Assembly: GCA_963786955.1 (NCBI GenBank)
Contig: CAWBAT010000005.1
Span: 1,399,759-1,463,758 of the forward strand
Length of the DNA stretch: 64,000 nucleotides
Direction: 5' to 3'
Origin: an uncultured Acidimicrobiia bacterium
Lineage (GTDB): Bacteria > Acidobacteriota > Terriglobia > Versatilivoradales > Versatilivoraceae
The translations under genes were made by a program, and so were the position numbers. The notes below the pieces were generated by a model. It was not told the DNA's origin and did not search any database. It worked only from the letters and a program-made list of their open reading frames with translations. Positions within the stretch are counted from its first letter, which is position 1, and every line of letters begins with the position of its first letter. Below, piece by piece: positions 16,666 through 27,007 of this stretch.

Positions 16666-19106
16666 TTAAACGAGCCTTCTCCATTTCTCGAGGTCCTCTA
16701 CATCAATTCTGTCGCCCTCTTGCCCGGCCCAAAAGTTAAGGTACAATTGATCCCAACCTTTTGTTTCGGCGTAATTCCTGCAATTGAAAGACATCTTCAG
16801 ACGCATCTCCGGATCATCGACCAATTTCACGATGGCCTCAACGACTTGCCTGGAATCACGCCCTTTGGTCACGAAACCGGTCCTTCCATGCTGCACCGTC
16901 TCTCGAGGGCCACCTCTGTCTGACACAATGACAGGAACTCCCGAAGCCATTGCTTCCAGGACCACATTGCCAAAAGTATCTGTCGTGCTGGGAAGACGAA
17001 GATATCCGAAGAGGCATAGGCCTGACTCAATTCTTCATCAAACAAGAACCCTGTGAATACAACGTTAGGATAAGGGAGAGCCGCCTTCATCTGACCGAGG
17101 TAGGGGCCATCACCGACGATGATCAGTACACATTCAGGACGCTGCTTTGCCAACTCGGCATAAACTTCAGTCAACACATCGAGATCTTTCTCTTTCGCAA
17201 CCCGGCCCACATAGGTGATCTTGGGTCCACCATTGACTCCATACTTTGCCCAAAAATCTCTATTTCGATATCTGGGATGGAACTGTTCAGTATCCGTGCC
17301 GTGAGGAAATAAGCGGAGCTTGGCCGGATCGAATCCCTTCTGAATTAGCTGATTCCGGTAGAAGCGGGATGGGACATAAACCGCGTCCATTTGTCCGTAG
17401 AACCACTGAAGATATTTCCAAGCGGCGTTCTCCATCGAGTCGTCTTCTGTGTAGTATTGGATGTAGACAGGGAGGTCGGTGTGATAAATTCCTACCAAAG
17501 GTAGGTTCAGAAGCTTAGCGGTCGCAAGGGCTGCCAGTCCTGCCAACCCAGGGGTACTCACAATCAACTCCGTGAATTGCTCGCGTTCACAATACTCAAG
17601 AATATCCAGGAATGGGGGGAACGCCAGCGTGATGCTTTCGTTCTCCGGCAGAGCAAAATGACCGATGGGTTCAAAGTTCTTCACTCTTCCAGGATACGCG
17701 GGAGCCGTTTTAGCGAAGGAAATCAAGGTGAGATGATGTCCATGCGATTCAGCTTGATGGCACATTTTCTGAACCAGAGTAGTGACTCCATTGACTTCGG
17801 TTAACGTGTCCGTAAACCATGCCTTCTTGGACACTGTTTTGGGATCGGGACGAACCCCCAGAAAGCGTTGACTGACTTCTGAGAGAAATGGTTTATCCCG
17901 GTTCTGGTGATAGAACGAAAACAAGTAGGGCGAGATTCCAAACAGGATAGGGCCGAGAGCGCTCATGGCTTCGAGGCTGCCGAAAATGCTGCCTGAAGAA
18001 AGCTTCTTAACGAATTTCTTGGCAAACTGGAAGAAAAGTCCATTCGAAATTTTGCATGCCAGTTCGAAAGTGCGCCGATTCAATTCATCATATCGAGAAG
18101 GATCCGCCACAAAATCGTCCTTCAACCAATCCTCCGCAAATAATTTTTTTGTCTCTATGGAAACTAATCGTTTGAATTCTTCTTCAGCAGGTTTTTCAGG
18201 CCGTCGAATCACTCGCTGGGTGTAATACGAAACCTTGTCTCGCAGTCTTCCCTGTGGCTTTCCGATGTCAAACACATCCTTCAGAACCTGCTGCAATATA
18301 TCTGTCCCGCCTTTTGCAAATCGGTCCCGATAGAAGTGATACCCAATGCTATACAAACTATGAGCAAAACTAAGTGGGGTGGCATCTAACCCTGCTGCGC
18401 TGCCGCAACGGTTCGACACTTCTTCCAAAAATTCCGCATAAGTGTCGCAGGCATGGCATTCGGTATACCCTTTGGCGACGAAAATCCCACTATGATCGTC
18501 AGATCCTCCGGTGAAGCCTTTGATCCAAGGCTGCTCTCCAAATGGAATGATCTTGTGACGGGTGGCGATGTCCTGGAACTGCTGGGCGGTCAAATAATGG
18601 AGAATGGTCCGTACGAGCTGATTACCCCTCCGGTTCCGGCCACCGTTCATTGTTTCAAACACATTGAACAACAAAAGCAGTTTTTCAAAGTGTTCCACAG
18701 TGAGACGATCATTGATCCTATAGAGGGGGTGGGCACACGCGTTCACAATCCCATCAGTATTCAGATAATCCCGAAGCTCATAGATGTTTTGGCGCAAACG
18801 TTGGATTTCGTTGAATTGGGATTCACTAATGTTCCAACACAAGACGTGGACCTTGCAGCCATCTTCCGGGAAGTAGGTCGTGATCTCATTGCTGATAAAG
18901 ACATCCTTGAGATGGGCAATTTCAAGGGCTCCCTGAATGCAATTGTGATCAGAAATCGTGACGAACTGCATGCCGCGCCGTTTGGCGATTTCATAGACGG
19001 TTCGGGGCTCGGTATAACACTCTGGAGCGCCAATTCTTCTCAGGACCCATTCCGTCGGACGATCGGAATACTTTGAATGGACGTGCAGGTCAACTCGTGA
19101 AGACAT
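16666..19106 (-). pseudogene. PHP-domain (phosphoesterase) + GT4 glycosyltransferase fusion, interrupted by one frameshift near 16990
   Basis: N-terminal PHP motifs VDLHVHSKYSD and ISDHN. GT4 domain in the C-terminal half. After DIFVFP the frame is lost (ARQILLAMW...), and the -1 frame reads STTDTFGNVVLEAMASGVPVIVSDRGGPRE (ORF 16666-16965). The shift sits in a GGG/CCC run at 16990-16992. Start ATG at 19106 follows AAGGAG. It could be a sequencing error. Confidence 0.7.
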
Positions 19107-19310
19107 TGGAATATCTCCTTTTCTCTGACTTGCCTCGTTTCCCAATACCGGAACAATAGAATTCATGACATCGGAATTGTAACAACACCTCGTTGCGTCG
19201 GTCTTACAGGGGCATGAAGTCTCTGTTAACAACGAGTGTGTCCCGTAACAATTCACGTCATTGAATTGGAAAGGGATGCGCGCGTTGAAATTCTAAATCT
19301 GCGCTTGGGA

Positions 19311-19340
19311 AGAAAAAAGTATAGGGGCGCAAGGGCCCCC
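19311..19340 (-). terminator. Putative intrinsic terminator after the aspartic protease gene
   Basis: On the minus strand, GGGGC-loop-GCCCC is followed by TATACTTTTTTCT. The stem is short. Confidence 0.4.
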
Positions 19341-19428
19341 TTAATTTTTGTTTTGCAGTTTATAGGCAATTCGGAAGAATCACTTGGGCGAGACCAGCAT
19401 GAAAGCAGATGGGAACAGCAGGGATCCA

Positions 19429-20343
19429 CTACTCCTTAATTCGTGGAGCGTTCTCAAATCGAGGATTGAAAGCGACGAATTTCTGCGCGTTATTAAAGTA
19501 AATGGTTTGGAAGAAATTCGTCGGCAGTAGACCATTCTCTATCCGGTACATCGACAATTTACTATCTGGTGCAAGCTGAACACGAAGGTTTCGAAGCGTG
19601 TTGCCTCCTATCTTGAACGATCGAAACGTGCCATGGCTCACAAAGCCTCGTCCCACGACCGTCTGCAAAGGCTCTGGATCGCTGACGGAGTTCATGTCGA
19701 ATCCCAGTCCCTTGAAGTCACTTCCAAACAAGACGATGCCTTTAGCTCCAGAGTCCAGGGAGAAAAGTGAAGGGCGGCTTTCATGAGACTGGGGGGGAAT
19801 TAATACCAATTTACGTTGGGCAGAATCTAGGAGTATGTATACTCCTCCGGACAAGCTCTGAGCAAATTCCTCATTCTCTTCGAAGGTAATGGTTTGTGAT
19901 TGATAGTCCAAAATGAAATTGAACTTCGTCAGAAAATCCTGTCCCAAGATTCCTTTGACTTGTATCCCTTGAATTTCGGGACCACCATGCGCGAGAACAT
20001 CCAGATAGTCCACATGCTGGGAGCCCAGTCTAAAGTTTTCTATGCGAAAACAAGGAACGACCATTGACCCCGTGGCAGTCAATAACTGATACCGGCGAGC
20101 TTCCTTACCGCCGAGTCTGGTAATCAGGGATGGATCGATAAAGGTAAGAGCTGATCCCGTATCCAAAACAAGGTCATAAGGCCCCGAACCATTGATGGTT
20201 ACAGGAACAACGATCCAATGACCTGCGACGAGGCGGAAAGGGACAGGGGTGCCGGAAAACGAGACAAATACGCAGAGAAACAGACAGGCTGTTATCAAGC
20301 CCGCGACTTTAACGAAAATCGATGAGGATGGCTGGAAACACAT
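19429..20343 (-). CDS. Secreted tandem retropepsin-like aspartic protease (two D-T/S-G lobes in one chain)
   Basis: N-terminal signal/TM, first lobe VLDTGSALTFI, second lobe SLDSGAKGIVLF. Confidence 0.65.
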   Translation of the reverse strand: MCFQPSSSIFVKVAGLITACLFLCVFVSFSGTPVPFRLVAGHWIVVPVTINGSGPYDLVLDTGSALTFIDPSLITRLGGKEARRYQLLTATGSMVVPCFRIENFRLGSQHVDYLDVLAHGGPEIQGIQVKGILGQDFLTKFNFILDYQSQTITFEENEEFAQSLSGGVYILLDSAQRKLVLIPPQSHESRPSLFSLDSGAKGIVLFGSDFKGLGFDMNSVSDPEPLQTVVGRGFVSHGTFRSFKIGGNTLRNLRVQLAPDSKLSMYRIENGLLPTNFFQTIYFNNAQKFVAFNPRFENAPRIKE

Positions 20344-20444
20344 CCTAAACTCCTTCCTTCTGGAGTCCTTAACCAGCTCACCTTCTGTTTCGATTTAATG
20401 ATAGGGAATCTTTAGACGATATGCATTAAGAAAATAACAAAGAA

Positions 20445-20459
20445 TTAACGTGTCGTTAA
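20445..20459. promoter_or_regulatory. Perfect 6-3-6 palindrome TTAACGtgtCGTTAA about 100 bp upstream of the protease start
   Basis: Read directly from the sequence. Candidate operator for a dimeric regulator. Confidence 0.25.
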
Positions 20460-20500
20460 TAGGATTTTAATAGAGTAGAGGTCACTGATGTCTAATCGGA

Positions 20501-20940
20501 ATGTTGGGGCTATGGGTAAGCTCACTTGGAGGTATGGTAGGGTTGAATCGCAAACGCAAAACCAAGAATATTAATCTTCCATCATTGTTGGTCTCCAGCC
20601 TGCCTCATACTGGGGCATTGGTCGAAGCAACCTATCGTCGAGCCTTGAGGTCACCGTATCGCTTCTTCCCCAAGCGAGATCAACTCGTCTGGCTGTTTCG
20701 AATCTTGTTAGATCTGATGGACATGAACGAAAGCCGGGGGTCTCTCCAAGAAGTCTCCGACAGACAAACTAGCAGGAAACAAACTGCGGCGAATTTTTCC
20801 TAAGCACCAGCCTCAACAGTGGGTTGTAAATTCCGTGGAGCGTGCCAAGGTTGACAGGATCTATGGAGCAATGTATCTGCATTTAGCGGATCATGCCATT
20901 TCCCACTTCCGTCGCCCGATTCAGAGCAAGGGGATGTAAC
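20501..20940 (+). pseudogene. Decayed remnant of an ECF-type sigma-70 factor
   Basis: LVEATYRRALRSPYRFFPKRDQLVWLFRILLDLM resembles the region 2 consensus (ETYLRAL..F.....AWLFRIL.N). Downstream, RIMPFPTSVARFRARG in another frame weakly resembles the region 4 HTH (..P.GTV.SRL.RAR). The N-terminus is missing and frames are broken. Confidence 0.35.
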
Positions 20941-21024
20941 GGTGGGAGCATTTTCGCGCCTATCGGTTGATCCAAGGTCCTAGCGCGTAGAAGTTCAGAG
21001 CAGGGGAATCATCAAGCTGGTGAC

Positions 21025-21068
21025 TTTATTTTAAATTTCGGGAAGGGAGTTTGGTGGCTCCCTTCCCC
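21025..21068 (-). terminator. Hairpin downstream of phoX
   Basis: Perfect 10-bp stem gggaagggag (21040-21049) / ctcccttccc (21058-21067), with an A/T-rich tail on the minus strand. Confidence 0.4.
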
Positions 21069-21093
21069 ACAAAGATGCTATGGTTTGAATGCT

Positions 21094-23075
21094 TTACTTC
21101 AGTCCGGGCAGTGCCCCGTTCTCGGTCCCGATGTAGCCGATCGCGGATTTCTTTCTGTTGTCCCACTTGGTGCTGACCACGGGTAATACGGAATTCTCGA
21201 GAGCTTTCCCGGCAGTAGTGGCTGACTTGATCTGATCTTCTTCGCCCGAGTGCTGGAAATTGCCCAGAATGTATGCAAACCCATTCAGATCTTCGACTAC
21301 TTGCAGCCCGGTAGCCTCGGCGTACATCGGTACAGACAGGATACGGGAAAGCTTGCGGTGTCGATGTTAAATGCCCAGACGTAGCTATTGTTACGTCGGC
21401 TGGTGTCCTCGCCGATAAACAAGGTGCGAATATTCTCCGCATACTTGAGGTTGTCACCGCCGCAGACCTTATCCTGTTCGCAGCGGTTACCTTCTGCATC
21501 CCGGCTGTCTACTTTCCCGTCCGCGCTGTCCAATGCGGGTGCGATCGGCCAGCCACCTAGCAGTTCGGGAATGCTAGCCATGTTCTTGGCCACGTAACCG
21601 CTCCAGATCCAATTGCCATCCGTGTCCTTTTGCCAACCTCTCAGTTCCAACTCATAAACAGCGCCCCCATCGTTGCGGGCGAGGCGGATGTCGTTCTGGG
21701 GATCGGAGGAGGTATCCAGCATGCCTGTCTCGACTCGGGAGATTACTACATAGGCCTTCTTGTCTTCGGCATTGTGGGTGACGCCCTCCATCTTGGAAAC
21801 CGAGCGGTGGCGCCCAACAAGGCGGCATAGCGACGGGTTTCCAGGAAGGCGGCGGCTTTCTCCATGCCCGACTTGAGCTTTAGCCATTCCGTGCCCGAGT
21901 AGGTGATGACCTTTTTATAAGTGGAATCTCCTGGGTCTGTATTGCTGACTAGGAACATGTCGCTAAACTTAATGCCACTATCCACGATTGCCTTGATTTC
22001 CTCGTCAGAGGCATGGCCCAACCTGATCCAGCTCAGGTCGGCGCTTCCACCGTTGACAGCGCTTGTCTGGCTCCATTTGGCTGCGTACAGGGTGCCCATG
22101 GATAAATCGCCCCAGCTGTCTGCGACAAACATGAATAGACCCGTGTAACCTCCATCGTCGCCCATGTAGACAGTACGCCAGTCAGGCTGCACATCCGCCA
22201 GTTCGCGTGCAATGCGCCCAAGTGCATAGTGCTTCACGACGCTGGCAGAGCCGTTCCGATTCACTGTCACCTCGGGTACCAAGCCATAGTGGTAGGGATT
22301 GGCCTTTGTCTTGTCGCCGAAGTAGTATTGGCTGAAGCTATTGATGTCGGTGGTATCGTTGGTGCCGCTGGCGGCGGCGATGCCCTCACGAGTCTTGGCA
22401 TCTGGCTCGTACTCTTCGGACCCCAGGTGGGTATTCCAAGGCGAGAGGGAAGCGGCGCAGTGGATCCATCCTCCATTGACGTCGGCAAAACTGATGTTGT
22501 CGTAGTCCACCACTTCAAGCACTCCCGTCCGCTTATCTTGATCTAATTTGGTTAGACCCATGGCGGCCGGAGATCTCCACCATTGGCTGGCATAGGGAGA
22601 GGTGAAGTTGGGTAGTTTGGTGGCTGTTCCCGGTATTCGAAGTGGGTCACCATCGCCAGTCCCCGGTTCTTCGAAGGGCTGGCTGCCTGCCAGCCGGGGA
22701 TTTCCATCAGGGAGTTGCCATCTGGCGAATCAGAGGCCATCTGTCCGCTGTTGTCTGTGATGGGAGGTTGTAAACATCAAACAGACCACCAACAACCTTC
22801 CCGTTAATCTCATCCGTTGTCCCCATCAGCATGTGGTACTTGAGAGTAATTGTCTTCGATTTCCCATTCCGGTAGGTGACGATCATCTGTGCCTTGGTGT
22901 AGATGTCGGCCTTTTCGTCAACTGAGGACGGCGCTGTCATCCCGATGAACTCAACAGACTTAACAGGCGCCGAAATGACCATTGATGATGGCGATTCAGC
23001 CGCTAGGATTGAAGGTGCCATCACTACACTGAGTGCGGAAGACATAGCATGTACAAAGAGCTTCTTGAGTCTCAC
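21094..23075 (-). pseudogene. phoX: PhoX-type (DUF839) secreted alkaline phosphatase broken into 5 frames
   Basis: Fragments 22707-23183, 22552-22740, 21746-22561, 21297-21887 and 21094-21327 read consecutively through a PhoX-like protein (CAASLSPWNTHLGSEEY; FLETRRYAALLGAT; LFIGEDTS.RNN; AEATGLQ). Frame indices go 2>0>1>2>0, so at least 4 single-base shifts. GTG start at 23075 follows AAGGAGG. Confidence 0.65.
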
Positions 23076-23228
23076 AGAAACCTCCTTTTGTTGCGCTGGT
23101 TTCGAAGCCGAGGGCTTCGATTGGTGGAAATATAATTTACGTGCCTTGGTTGTGAGCGAGGGGAACGACGCTGTTCCCCCCACACCACTGTCAGACGCCC
23201 ATTAACTTAGACTGATCTCTTTACAGGA

Positions 23229-23257
23229 GTATGAAATGGCCGTTAATTATTCGTGAA
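23229..23257 (-). promoter_or_regulatory. Candidate Pho box upstream of phoX
   Basis: The minus strand reads TTCACGAATAATTAACGGCCATTTCATAC, with half-sites TTCAC/TTAAC/TTCAT spaced exactly 11 bp. It is nearly superimposable on 38861-38887. Confidence 0.45.
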
Positions 23258-23462
23258 TAGGAGGTTGCCAAGTAAAAAGCCTGAATCGAGCTCCACACCC
23301 GTTTCTGGTTCGCAGAGTCTATTGGGAGTGTTTTCAAGATGGGCTGTCACCCACGTTTCATCTGCAATTCACTTGAATTTAACTTGAAGGCCAGAGAGCG
23401 GCAGGCATATGATCAGCACGCTAATTTTCCAATCTGAAACTAGGCATTAAGTTGATTTCCTT

Positions 23463-24871
23463 TTGAATGGACTGGTGAGCATGCAATCGTACGATCTTAT
23501 TGTTATCGGGTCCGGTCCGGCTGGACAGCGCGCAGCTATTCAGGGAGCAAAGTGCGGCAAACGCGTGGCCTTGGTTGAGAAGCGGGCAGTGATTGGCGGG
23601 ACTTGCATCAATACGGGCACCATCCCAAGCAAGACGATGCGGGAGGCCGTCTTACACCTGTCTGGTTTCCACTATCAACAGCTCTACGGTGTCAACTATC
23701 GGGTGAAAGAAAAGATCACGATGGCAGACCTCGCCTTCAGAGTGCAGCACGTGATCAAGAGTGAAATCGATGTGACCCAGGCTCAGCTTTCTCGCAACGG
23801 GATCGAAGTTCTGGTTGGTACTGCCAGCTTTGTGGATGCCACCCACGTTCGCATCCACGATTCTCATGGACAACAGTCAGAATATGAGGCTCAAGTGATC
23901 ATTGTTGCCACTGGAACCCGACCAGCCTCTTCTCCGAAAGTCCCGTTTAATAATCGAAACATCATCAACAGTGATCAAATCCTGGGAATGCCGGACATGC
24001 CAAAAACGATGATCGTCGTGGGGGGAGGAGTCATCGGAGTGGAATATACTTGCATGTTTGCCACTCTCGGTGTTCGAGTGATTCTGGTTGAAAAGCGCCC
24101 TCGGCTTTTGGAATTTGCGGATACTGAGATGGTTGAGGCTCTCACTTACCATTTGAGAGACCATCGGGTCACTCTCCGGCTGAATGAAGAAGTGGAAAGC
24201 GTCGAAGAGACGCCCGAGGGGGCAGTAGTCGCTAATCTGGAGAGCAAAAAGAAGATTTCAGGCGATGCCCTTCTTTTCGCCGTGGGCCGACAGGGAAACA
24301 CGGACGAATTGAATCTTTCTGCCGCCGGCATCGCAACGGATGCGCGAGGAGGATCTCAGTTGACGCCAGTTACCGAACCAACCAGCCCCACATTTATGCG
24401 GCGGGAGACATTATCGGATTCCCTAGTCTGGCTTCCGTTTCCATGGAACAGGGGCGCATTGCCGCCGCCCATGCGTTTGGTCTAACGGTTCATTCCAATC
24501 CCGCCACTTACCCGTACGGGATCTACACCATCCCCGAGATTTCCTTCATCGGCAAGACGGAAGAACAACTCACGGATGAGGACGTTCCCTATGAAGTGGG
24601 GATTGCTTACTATCGTGAAATCGCCCGCGGGCAAATTCGTGGAGACACTACCGGACGATTAAAGCTGATTTTTCATCGGGAGACCAAAGAGCTTTTGGGC
24701 GTCCATATCATTGGAGAGGGAGCCTCCGAGATACTGCATATCGGTCAGGCAGTGATGATTCTGAAAGGCGGGATTGAGTATTTCGTGAATACCGTATTCA
24801 ACTTTCCGACCCTGGCAGAATGCTACAAGGCGGCAGCCTTTAATGGGTTGAACAAGCTAGCCAAACTCTAA
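23463..24871 (+). pseudogene. sthA: Soluble pyridine nucleotide transhydrogenase (SthA/UdhA) with one frameshift near 24350
   Basis: FAD motif YDLIVIGSGPAG and redox-active GGTCINTGTIPSK. After ...ATDARG the frame is lost. The +2 frame continues [35 protein letters not shown] into ORF 24443-24871. Confidence 0.75.
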
Positions 24872-24888
24872 ACCCCGGGAGGAAACCT

Positions 24889-25329
24889 ATGCTACGAAGC
24901 ATCGGCGTACTAGCAACAGACCATATCGCAGTCGGTTTGGTTGAGGAACACCATGTAGTGGGGCTTGTGCTTGTTTATCCCGAGAGGGGGGATGACCAGG
25001 AAGCTTTGCAAGGCATGCCGGCTGAAGACATCGGGAAGTGTATTCGGGAACAAATTGAACGAGTTGGAAAAGGCCATGAGATTCAAGTGGTGGGCGTGGG
25101 CTTTCCCGGAATCACACAAGATGGCATCATCGAAGAATCTCCGAATCTTCAGCAGGTAAAGGGGCTCAATCTGCAAGCAATCTTGTCCTCTGCTTCACTC
25201 AAGAATGGAGTTTCTGTTCCAGTGCGGATCTTTAATGACGCTGACGTCATGGCGGCCGACATCGCTGCTACGGCTAGGTGCTATTCATCCGACATTACAG
25301 TCTGGCAGCCCTTCAAACCCTATATTTGA
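24889..25329 (+). pseudogene. N-terminal half of a ROK-family sugar kinase/regulator, truncated
   Basis: VGVGFPGITQDGIIEESPNL...VRIFNDADVMAA matches the ROK N-terminal ATPase subdomain. It ends after ~146 aa where the convergent gene 25313-26161 ends, and ROK proteins are ~300 aa. Confidence 0.45.
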
Positions 25330-26161
25330 TCAGCAGGACTTCATTCCCGGCTTCATTGTAAATGACTTCGTCCACCATCTCCCTGGCCATTAGAAGTCCG
25401 AACCCGCCTGGGCGCATTCCACGAGCTGTCCGGAAATCCATGTGTTTGGTAGGGTCATCGAGAGGATTTGAAATAGCGGCGTGCGGCAAAGAATCACGCC
25501 GAAATCCGCGCCCTGGGTCACGAAAGAAATAAACAATGGCGCGCCCGGTGCGAACCGCTGCGACTTCGACCACCTTTTCTGGATCGAAACCTGCACCGTG
25601 CTCCATCGCATTCAGGAGAATCTCGCGGAACGCTGTCATGAGCTGGAAACGTTCTTGATCCGGGCTGTTGGCCAATAACTCGTTCATAAAAGTCGTTAAG
25701 CGTTCGGCCGTTAGTAATCGGCATGCCACCCGCAACTCAATCCAATCGGGCTGTGCTGACATCACTTCGATGTCGTTCCGCCAGTCAACTTCTTCCTGCG
25801 CACGTTTTACCATCGCCGTTATCGCCTTGAGGTCAAATGGAGCGCTAAAACAGGAGAACACCTGTGCCCGCAAGGCTGCGATCACATCGTCAGGAGTTGT
25901 CTCAGGAGCCAGCAGAATTGTTCTCACTCCTGGCCGGATGCGACGCATCTCTTCAAGCAAAGCCAGGTCTTCTTTAGGCAAAGTCTGTGGACTGGTCAGT
26001 ACAACCTCAAATGAACGTTGTCGCAGAAGCTGTAGAGCCTTCGCTTCTCCACAAGCGACCTCAACGTCACAATTCTGAGGGGCCAAATTCTCCGTTAACC
26101 AGGAACTCTCCCCCGGAGTAACCTCTATTACCAAGACCCTCTGGACGTTTGTTTTACCCAT
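25313..26161 (-). CDS. Pseudo-receiver domain fused to an RsbW/SpoIIAB-like HATPase (anti-sigma serine kinase) domain
   Basis: The N-terminal ~120 aa has a receiver-like pattern but lacks the acceptor Asp (VVLTSPQT) and the conserved Lys (FSAPF). The C-terminus has HATPase_c_2-like motifs ILLNAMEHG, FRDPGRGF and GGFGLLMAREMVDEV. Confidence 0.6.
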   Translation of the reverse strand: MGKTNVQRVLVIEVTPGESSWLTENLAPQNCDVEVACGEAKALQLLRQRSFEVVLTSPQTLPKEDLALLEEMRRIRPGVRTILLAPETTPDDVIAALRAQVFSCFSAPFDLKAITAMVKRAQEEVDWRNDIEVMSAQPDWIELRVACRLLTAERLTTFMNELLANSPDQERFQLMTAFREILLNAMEHGAGFDPEKVVEVAAVRTGRAIVYFFRDPGRGFRRDSLPHAAISNPLDDPTKHMDFRTARGMRPGGFGLLMAREMVDEVIYNEAGNEVLLIKYRV

Positions 26162-27007
26162 AGTGGACGGTCAATCGATTGCATCAAAGTGTTCTTATTT
26201 ACGACAGTGCCTTGGAACCCTTCAAGCGGATTAGCTAGATCATCAAAGCGTGCTTCCGCAGATTAAAGTTGGTGAATTCCCCTCTTCGCCTTCTAAGAAA
26301 GTACTAATACCCAATTTAGACCCAACCAGGAATTCGTGATTCCAAGTTCACCTGTAACATGGTGTTGTCGAAATTTTTATACGAATTTTACCCACAATTG
26401 CTGACGGAAGCACCAGGCAAGGATCCGCATCTCTTGTGTGGCTTATACGTGGGACACCTTAATTTTAACGAATTCAAGGGCTCTGAATCACCAGAGGGAA
26501 GTGGTTTCTACACTCCCCTTTGAGGAGGACTGGTGCTACAGCCGCTTGTTCTTGAAATTAAGAATCCGTTAACTTACTTGATGAAAACCAAACAATATTA
26601 TAGCGGGTGGCGAGTCCGCCGACACATATCAACTTTACGCCATCGCCTGACTCAAACACCATGCAATCTGGAAATAGCCTGAGCGACGTTGAGAGCGAAA
26701 ACAGAGCAATCATAGAATGAATAGTCATCGATCAATCGGTTATTACGGAATAACAAAGTCATTGGCCTGCTTAAGCTACCAATTCGATTTGTAAGATTTC
26801 GGCGAGGAACGCAGTCTGGCAGGAATGCTGACTTCAGGGTATCCACGACGGGAGCCTCCGATGATTCGAGCGTTGAAAAGTTCGCCTCTCCTTTCACAAA
26901 GCCTCCGGGCCATGCGCCTGGAGATGGGCATGAAGAAATTCGTAACCCTTCCCAGTGGAGATGAACGGGTCTGAATCACTTGCGCTGACGATCGCCCCAA
27001 TGACGTA

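Noticed and set aside
26652-27000. ORFs 26652-26897 and 26776-27000 on the minus strand
   Set aside because: The two overlap each other in different frames, their composition is unlike neighbouring genes, and I see no RBS or recognisable family. I treat them as non-coding.
26700-27007. Possible M-box (Mg2+) riboswitch in the long leader of corA
   Set aside because: None of the conserved M-box blocks I remember (GGUGAGGCU, GCUGCCC, GGGUCAACAG, GCUAAAGCUC-like) are present on either strand. Only an Infernal search could exclude a divergent example.
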